From a virus (taxonomy: Duplodnaviria > Caudoviricetes), in IMG/VR virus record IMGVR_UViG_2974791771_000001, positions 12,822 to 76,821 of that record: a DNA stretch of 64,000 nt; one strand, 5' to 3'. Positions 58,308 to 64,000 of this stretch are shown here, one piece after another. Both the position numbers and the translations under genes were made by a program. Position 1 is the first letter of the stretch. Each line of letters opens with the position of its first letter. The notes beneath the pieces are model-generated. The model was not told the origin of the DNA, searched no databases, and saw only the letters and a list, made by a program, of their open reading frames with translations.

Positions 58308-59083
58308 AGCTGACCATCCTGACTGTGCCGTCGCGCCTAGGGATGGCTACTAAGCTCGCCGCCGAGTTGTACTACTCGCCCGTGTTCGTTGACTACGACC
58401 TGAATCCCACACTCGCCCACGCTCACGCATGGGAAAGCGGCTACCACGATCGCGACCATGACGATGAGTGGGTGGGGGTTATCGAAGACGATGCGATCCT
58501 CGCGGACACCCCCTGGGTGGGGGGTAGTTGGGGAGACGGCAGGAAATTCATACCCCCCGGAGGGGGTGCCTTGGAGCGAATGCTGTCCGATGCACCCACG
58601 GACATTGTTTCCGGCTACTTGGGCACAGGTCGACCGCAGTCCAACCAAGAGGACATAGCGATCACCCTGCACATGGACCCGGATCCTGTGTGGCTCATCC
58701 ACCATCGAGTGCGGCACCACGTTGCGGTGTTCATGCGCGCCAAGCTCGTGCCACGGGCTGTCGAGCACATGAGGCGCAACCCGAACATCCCGTGTGATGA
58801 GGCGTTGTCGATTTGGGCGCAGCAAGCGTTCCAGCCGGTCTCGTATTGCTTCCCGTGCATGTTCGATCACGACGATGGCGTACTGCCCGCCGTTCAGAAA
58901 GAGCAGAGGCGGATCACGGTTGATGACTTCACGCCTCGCAGGGCTTGGGAGGTTGGTGTCCGCGAAGAGTACCCGGCAAGCAATGCCAGGTTCCTGGACC
59001 CAATTACCGACAAACTGTATGGGAGACGCCTTGGGAAAGTACAAAGGTCGTTCCGGACGGCCCTATCGCACAGCACGGGCTAG
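58304..59083 (+). CDS. Glycosyltransferase (GT25-like)
   Basis: H..AW, VIEDDAIL, SGYLG, P.D, DH motifs. Confidence 0.7.
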   Translation: MKLTILTVPSRLGMATKLAAELYYSPVFVDYDLNPTLAHAHAWESGYHDRDHDDEWVGVIEDDAILADTPWVGGSWGDGRKFIPPGGGALERMLSDAPTDIVSGYLGTGRPQSNQEDIAITLHMDPDPVWLIHHRVRHHVAVFMRAKLVPRAVEHMRRNPNIPCDEALSIWAQQAFQPVSYCFPCMFDHDDGVLPAVQKEQRRITVDDFTPRRAWEVGVREEYPASNARFLDPITDKLYGRRLGKVQRSFRTALSHSTG

Positions 59084-59360
59084 ATTCCGCCGAGAGTGCG
59101 AACGAGACAAAGCGCCGTGTGTGCATTGCGGCAACGACATCGACTACTCGCTCACAGGCAAACAGGATTGGGCATGGTCGTTGGATCACATCATTCCTGT
59201 GTCTGTGTTGAAGGCCGAGGATCCGAATCATCGGCTACTTGAGGCGAGGTCGAACTTTCAGGCTGCGCATTTCATCTGCAATTTGAGGCGTCAGGCTGGT
59301 GGCTATAAAGAGAAGGCTACTGGGCCTGCCCCGAATGCTTCGTCGGGTGATTGGTTGTGA
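59019..59360 (+). CDS. HNH endonuclease (packaging-associated type)
   Basis: CVHCG, SLDHIIP, NFQAAHFICN; last late-type gene before a terminator. Confidence 0.88.
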   Translation: MGDALGKYKGRSGRPYRTARARFRRECERDKAPCVHCGNDIDYSLTGKQDWAWSLDHIIPVSVLKAEDPNHRLLEARSNFQAAHFICNLRRQAGGYKEKATGPAPNASSGDWL

Positions 59361-59575
59361 GGGCTGTGCACGCGTGGGGCGTGTTGATGGGTGCTGTGAT
59401 CGTGTATGAGGTGCTGGCTGATGAGGGTGAGCTTCTGTCTGAGGGTGTTGATCGGGCGTTGCTGTCTCATAAGTGGTTGACGGTTGGTGCTGTGTTGGTG
59501 ACGGCGGCGCATTTGTTGAATGTGTTGCCTACTTGGTGTGATCCGTATGCGCAGTTGGCGCGGATACGGTTGTGA
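59351..59575 (+). CDS. Small membrane protein
   Basis: Hydrophobic; GELLSEGVDR and HLLN...DP motif common in actinophages. Confidence 0.65.
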   Translation: MVVRAVHAWGVLMGAVIVYEVLADEGELLSEGVDRALLSHKWLTVGAVLVTAAHLLNVLPTWCDPYAQLARIRL

Positions 59576-59578
59576 TTG

Positions 59579-59622
59579 AGCGGGACATCCTGGGCTTCGG
59601 TCTGGGGTGTCCCGCTTTTTTG
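59579..59622 (+). terminator. Intrinsic terminator
   Basis: AGCGGGACA...TGTCCCGCT stem followed by a T-run. Confidence 0.9.
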
Positions 59623-59638
59623 CGTTTCGGCCCAATTT

Positions 59639-59706
59639 AATTGCCTACTAGGGCCTGATATAATTCCCTACTAGGCGAAAAGTTGCCCATTAAATTGCCT
59701 ACTAGG
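59639..59706 (+). repeat. Three 14-bp direct repeats AATT(G/C)CCTACTAGG
   Basis: Copies at 59639, 59662 and 59693. Confidence 0.85.
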
Positions 59707-59750
59707 GGCCGGCGCGGCGCGTTCGAACAGATGTTCGATTGGCGATATTG

Positions 59751-59852
59751 GATCGTGAATTCAGGATCGTGAAGATTTCGGATCGTGGATCCCGAATTTG
59801 CTATAGTGAATCCCGGATGGTGGGATTCAGTTTGGTGTGTCGAATCGTGAAT
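59751..59852 (+). repeat. Four (G/A)ATCGTG(A/G)A repeats
   Basis: Copies at 59751, 59765, 59781 and 59843. Confidence 0.7.
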
Positions 59853-60101
59853 TTGAGATGGTGAAATGGCCGGCGGGTCTCGTTTGGCCGGCGGTGTGTC
59901 TGACATGCGCATATCCCGGTAATGGCGCCTCATTCGCCCGTAGCGGCCCGTGACCTAGGTTGGGCCACCCGATAGTCGAGGTCCGCCCGTTGGCCCGTGT
60001 GTGTCGATTCTGGACGGTCTAGCGGTCCGGTTGCGTCCAGTTCGTGTGTCACGGTTGCGGCTGGACGTTTTCGCTGGACGGGTGGAGCGTGGACGGGCAC
60101 A

Positions 60102-60139
60102 CAAAAAACCCCGGCAAACCGTGTTGGCTTGCCGGGGTT
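60102..60139 (-). terminator. Intrinsic terminator of the leftward block
   Basis: AAAAAA-CCCCGGCAA...TTGCCGGGG. Confidence 0.85.
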
Positions 60140-60150
60140 GTCCCGTGTGT

Positions 60151-60495
60151 TCAGTTGTCGAGTAGGTCAGTCCACGGTCGGGGTTCGTCGTCCGTGTCGT
60201 CGTCCGGTTCGGGTTCGTCTCCGTCCAGTTCGTCCGTGTCGTCGTCCGTGGGTTCGTCGTCCGGTTCGGGTTCGGGTTGGTCATCCAGCCACGTGGCCCA
60301 TAGCGACCGTTCTTGTTCCATCCCTTGCCGGAACGCTTCACGGGTCACAGTCTCAACCGTCCGCCCGTGTTGTTCGATCAGTTGGGATCCGATGACCGAA
60401 CGTTCTGGATGTTTTTCTAGGTGTCGTCCGTAGATGACCAGTGCTGAGAAAACGGCGATTGCGACCGCTAGGCCAACCCATAGGTAGTCACTCAT
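60151..60495 (-). CDS. Membrane-anchored protein with acidic PEPDD repeats
   Basis: N-terminal TM segment; repetitive acidic tail. Confidence 0.7.
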   Translation of the reverse strand: MSDYLWVGLAVAIAVFSALVIYGRHLEKHPERSVIGSQLIEQHGRTVETVTREAFRQGMEQERSLWATWLDDQPEPEPDDEPTDDDTDELDGDEPEPDDDTDDEPRPWTDLLDN

Positions 60496-60655
60496 TGGCG
60501 CACCACCGATTGAGGGTGGACCGTGCAACCCCGGTCAGTTCGTGAACCCGTGACTTGGACATGCCGCCCGCTATTGCGTCCAGTGTGAGTGTCCGTAACC
60601 GTTCGGTTGCCGCGTCCAGTTCTTCCCGTGCCCGTGTGAGTTCGTCATCCATCAC
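60488..60655 (-). CDS. Small HTH protein
   Basis: GMSKSRVHELTGVARSTLNRW. Confidence 0.75.
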   Translation of the reverse strand: MMDDELTRAREELDAATERLRTLTLDAIAGGMSKSRVHELTGVARSTLNRWCANE

Positions 60656-61410
60656 ATTGCCCGTCCGTATTTGGTGAACGTGGCCCGGTCGACCATGATT
60701 GCGTCGTGACGATCTCCCGCTAGCCGCGTCCCACAAACCCCGCATTCCGAATCCGAGAACGTTGTTTCTGCGCAATCGCAATCATCCGCACATGATTCGT
60801 TTTCGTGGTAGCAATTCTTATCGGCCCACGGGCCAATATGGACGTGGCCCATTGTGATGTCGAATCGGGCCATATTCCGGTTTGCGGTATCTTCCCGTTC
60901 TTGGGTCCAGTCGGGGTTATCGCTATCGCCAATCGTGGGCCAATCCGCGTTGACAACCCCAAACATGCAATCTTGGCAGATCGACGCGGCCACGAATTCG
61001 CCCGTTGTGTTCAGCACGTGACCGAACACGTTGAATGATCCACCCGTGTGAGTTGTGTGCGCGTATCCCAACGTGGCCTGATCTTCTTCCCAATCGTGGA
61101 GCATCAATGCCGAACCGAGCGATTCGGTTTGAATGGCAAACCAATGGGCCAACGGGTGATCTGTGGGCAAAATGGTGTCCCACATGCCAGCGGTTTGCCC
61201 GTCCGTGACTATCCGCATGAACCCGTCATTCAAGTCATGCCACGAATCCCGGTAGCGCACGAACCGTGGCGTCCACGTGTCGTCGGCGTCCACGTAGTCG
61301 AATTCGTCGCGTGCGTCCGCGTCTAGTTCCGTCCACGGGACGACCGCGCAACGCTCCACATTGCCCACGGTCCACGTTTCGAACGGTTGCCCGTCATTCT
61401 GTTCAGTCAT
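60652..61410 (-). CDS. Hypothetical protein with C-terminal Cys cluster
   Basis: ACGGAG RBS; CQDC, C..CDC, CGVCG. Confidence 0.75.
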   Translation of the reverse strand: MTEQNDGQPFETWTVGNVERCAVVPWTELDADARDEFDYVDADDTWTPRFVRYRDSWHDLNDGFMRIVTDGQTAGMWDTILPTDHPLAHWFAIQTESLGSALMLHDWEEDQATLGYAHTTHTGGSFNVFGHVLNTTGEFVAASICQDCMFGVVNADWPTIGDSDNPDWTQEREDTANRNMARFDITMGHVHIGPWADKNCYHENESCADDCDCAETTFSDSECGVCGTRLAGDRHDAIMVDRATFTKYGRAM

Positions 61411-61488
61411 CCCAGTTTCTCCGTTCTCCGTTGGTTCTAGCGGCCAACACGACACACGGACGGTTGCCCGTGCATCATGCAAACCCCG

Positions 61489-61815
61489 CTAGAGTCCGGC
61501 GGTCCGTTCGCGTCCATCCTGGATGTTCAGTTCTTCCAATTCGTCCGTGATCAGTTCTCGGAAGTCCACCCCGGACAAATCCGCGTCACGGATCTCGCCG
61601 AATTCCGGCAAATCCTGATCGGCCCGTGCCTGAATCTCCGCCACGTAATCGCGCAACTGAGACGCGGCCTTATCAATGTCATTCCACGTGTTGTCATCGT
61701 CGTCCCACCACGCCACGCGAACGATGCGCATCGTTTCGAGGTAGGTCCCGTGATCGTTCATCAGGTCCAGTCGAACCGCGCTGGTGTCGCCGTGGGCAAT
61801 ATTGTATCCGGTCAT
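61489..61815 (-). CDS. Hypothetical acidic protein
   Basis: ACGGAG RBS. Confidence 0.7.
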   Translation of the reverse strand: MTGYNIAHGDTSAVRLDLMNDHGTYLETMRIVRVAWWDDDDNTWNDIDKAASQLRDYVAEIQARADQDLPEFGEIRDADLSGVDFRELITDELEELNIQDGRERTAGL

Positions 61816-61866
61816 TTTCTTGTCTCCGTTCTAGGGTTTGCTTGGGCTGGTTGGCGTGGAGCTGGA

Positions 61867-62088
61867 CTAGTGGCCGCTGATCGACTTCCACCCGTCGTGG
61901 AAACCGCTCACGTAATCGTGTGCCTCGTGACTCCACCCGTCCGATGCTTTGCCCCGTGGCGTGTTGCTCAGGTATTCGGTGGGCACGGACGCGGCATGTG
62001 GTGCAGGCTTGCCCCGGTTGTGATCCAGTGACCCGTTTTTCTTGCCTAGGGCAAATCCTTTTTCGTATGGGGTTGGTGCTATTTCCAT
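61867..62088 (-). CDS. Hypothetical protein
   Basis: ACGGAG RBS; GxxxG motifs. Confidence 0.6.
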   Translation of the reverse strand: MEIAPTPYEKGFALGKKNGSLDHNRGKPAPHAASVPTEYLSNTPRGKASDGWSHEAHDYVSGFHDGWKSISGH

Positions 62089-62280
62089 TGTCCTGATCTC
62101 CGTTCGCTAGTGGTGTGACGCGGGGGAGCTTGAATGGACTCCCCCGCGTCGGGTTGGTCAGTTCGGGATGATTGAGGATCCGGCCCGTTCGGGGTGCGTC
62201 AGTTGGGCCGCGCGCGCGTCCTCATAGGTTGCGTAGGTGGTCTCGGTGGTTGCGGTTGCGAGTGTGTATGTCATGCCATG

Positions 62281-62311
62281 ACTGTAGCACGCGCTACAGC
62301 CCTAGTGTCAA
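62281..62311 (-). promoter_or_regulatory. Leftward promoter TTGACA-19-TACAGT (extended -10) overlapped by palindrome CTGTAGC-4-GCTACAG
   Basis: Precedes a probably leaderless 38-codon ORF at 62158..62274. Confidence 0.55.
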
Positions 62312-63741
62312 TTCCGACGGTCCGTAATGTTGTAACCCGGTTCGTTGTCATTCGGAATCCAGTCCAAATCAGCGGCCCGGTAAATGTTCGGCCCGTCATC
62401 CCAAACCACAACCAAACCGTATTGTGCGCGTAGGACCGTTTCCTCAATCTCTTGAATGAGTTCCGACGGTTCGATGTCGGGTTCGTCTCCGTTGTCCATC
62501 TGGACGTAAACCCGGTCCACGTACGGTTGCCAGTACGGGCCGGAATTCCCGCACGCGTCCGCATAGGCCGCAACAAACAAGTCATTCGACCGTTGCCCGT
62601 GGACGTCCAGTTGGTAGGCCACGGATTCGGGCATGTCGAGACTCTTGTGTGCGATTGCCCAACCCGTGGGTTCGTCATCGTCCGGATCATCTCCGTTGAC
62701 CACGATTGCCACGTAGTGACCGGGGTTCGTCAGAATGTGTGCGGCCAACCGTCCGCCAATGAATTCAGACGGATGCATAACCGGCCCGTTGTAACCGTAT
62801 TGCCCCGTCCAGTTTCGGAGCAATTCCCAACCCTGTTCTTCCCAACCCTCAACGTGCACGAATTCGTGTTCGTCGTCCGAACCGTCATACGCGGATTCCG
62901 GAGCGTCCACGCCGAACCGTGAAGCGTCGAAAACACGTCCGTCCGGCAGAACCGTAATCGGGTGGCCGAATTCCATAACGTCAGTCAACGCGCGGGGCCG
63001 GGCAAGGTTCATTTTTTCCCAATCGTCAGATTCATTATTCGGGGTTGTCTCCACCGGGGCCATAGGCTCCACAGTCTCCACCGTGTAGCGCGCCAACCCG
63101 TGCCATGCCGGATCATTCGGGTTGTTCCGTAGCGCCCTGTAGACATTCAATGCGGCCCGCTCGGAATAGGCGTAGTACGGCGACTTGGATAGCAGGGATG
63201 AAACGTCCGCATAGGACACGCGTCCTGTAACCGTGTTCTCTAGCGGGATCCGAATGTCCGAATGGAAGTCGCCGTGATTGATGGTCTCGACTAGGAATCG
63301 ACGCGTCAGGTCGTCCGTGCCTGTAGTGGCGTCCAGTTGCCCCGTAGCCGCGTTTGCAGCGTCACGTGTAGGGAATGGCCCGCCAACCGTGTCGCGCGTC
63401 TCCGTGTTGATTGCGTAGTAATCCACGTGATCCTGATCCACCTGACAAGCGATGACATGTGTCGGCTCGGGGTTCGTGTTCTCCACCGTGGCCGGTTCGG
63501 CGTCCACCGTGTCCGTGTCCAGCTCCACCGACTCGGACAACCAGCCCGCGACAATCTCACGCTTGCCCCGTGGGCCAATCACAACCCCATTGCGTGACCC
63601 GCCGAGAACCGTGCCCCGTGCCCCGTAGTAGACGCTCAGCTCCACCGTGCCCCGTGTGTAGGCAACCAACCCGCTAGCGCTATCGGCAACCGTCCAGCCC
63701 CGTTGCGTGGCAATCGCGTTCAGTTCGTCACGTGCGTTCAT
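62308..63741 (-). CDS. Multi-segment hypothetical protein (477 aa)
   Basis: ACGGAG RBS; acidic; no recognisable family. Confidence 0.8.
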   Translation of the reverse strand: MNARDELNAIATQRGWTVADSASGLVAYTRGTVELSVYYGARGTVLGGSRNGVVIGPRGKREIVAGWLSESVELDTDTVDAEPATVENTNPEPTHVIACQVDQDHVDYYAINTETRDTVGGPFPTRDAANAATGQLDATTGTDDLTRRFLVETINHGDFHSDIRIPLENTVTGRVSYADVSSLLSKSPYYAYSERAALNVYRALRNNPNDPAWHGLARYTVETVEPMAPVETTPNNESDDWEKMNLARPRALTDVMEFGHPITVLPDGRVFDASRFGVDAPESAYDGSDDEHEFVHVEGWEEQGWELLRNWTGQYGYNGPVMHPSEFIGGRLAAHILTNPGHYVAIVVNGDDPDDDEPTGWAIAHKSLDMPESVAYQLDVHGQRSNDLFVAAYADACGNSGPYWQPYVDRVYVQMDNGDEPDIEPSELIQEIEETVLRAQYGLVVVWDDGPNIYRAADLDWIPNDNEPGYNITDRRN

Positions 63742-63908
63742 TCGAGGGTTCTCCGTTCCCTAGTGGCCCGCCGTTCGGACCAATGGACACGACTGTAGCA
63801 GACGCTCCACCCCTTCCCGTGCCACCCGACACACAGCCCGCCAAACCCGCGACCAACCCCCCGGGCCACAAAAGCGCCGGCCCAACCATCTGACCAGCGG
63901 AAACACTC

Positions 63909-63937
63909 GCCGTATCACACGCCGCCGGCAGAGTCAA
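63909..63937 (-). promoter_or_regulatory. Leftward promoter TTGACT-17-TACGGC with TG extension
   Basis: Upstream of the leftward block; its -35 lies in palindrome GTCAA-CCCC-TTGAC. Confidence 0.5.
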
Positions 63938-64000
63938 CCCCTTGACAAGCGGGGGTGGGGGGTATCTCCCCAGGTCGCGAGGGGTCCATATCTGCCTCAC

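Noticed and set aside
59955-60433. ORFs 59955..60341 (-), 59997..60395 (+) and 60044..60433 (+)
   Set aside because: They are alternate frames of the repetitive acidic gene 60151..60495 and cross its terminator.

Overview
The window is most of a tailed actinobacteriophage genome with siphovirus organisation. A Mycobacteriales host such as Gordonia, Rhodococcus or Tsukamurella is inferred from the split lysin A, WhiB, Lsr2 and LysB-like genes. It starts inside the major tail gene, and no head or packaging genes are in view. Layout: (1) 1-19.3 kb, rightward tail and lysis genes, including a -1 frameshifted tail chaperone, an extra chaperone paralog, an SGNH esterase and a 2228-aa tape measure protein with three cell-wall enzyme domains. 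(2) 19.4-21.8 kb, a repressor/Cro-like switch with two palindromic operators, Lsr2 and a membrane protein, but no visible integrase. (3) 22-59.6 kb, rightward replication, recombination, nucleotide-metabolism and accessory genes. (4) 60-64 kb, a leftward block of unknown, probably early, genes. The most notable part is a 37-49 kb island. It holds a Pnk plus ATP-dependent RNA ligase, a PRPP-synthetase-like plus NAMPT-like pair (NARP1-type NAD+ rebuilding), a pol-beta nucleotidyltransferase, a Ro60/TROVE protein preceded by a tandem array of four Y-RNA-like modules with different tRNA-mimic cargoes, six canonical tRNAs and several aberrant tRNA-like RNAs. All product calls come from motif recognition by eye; no database searches or folding programs were run.
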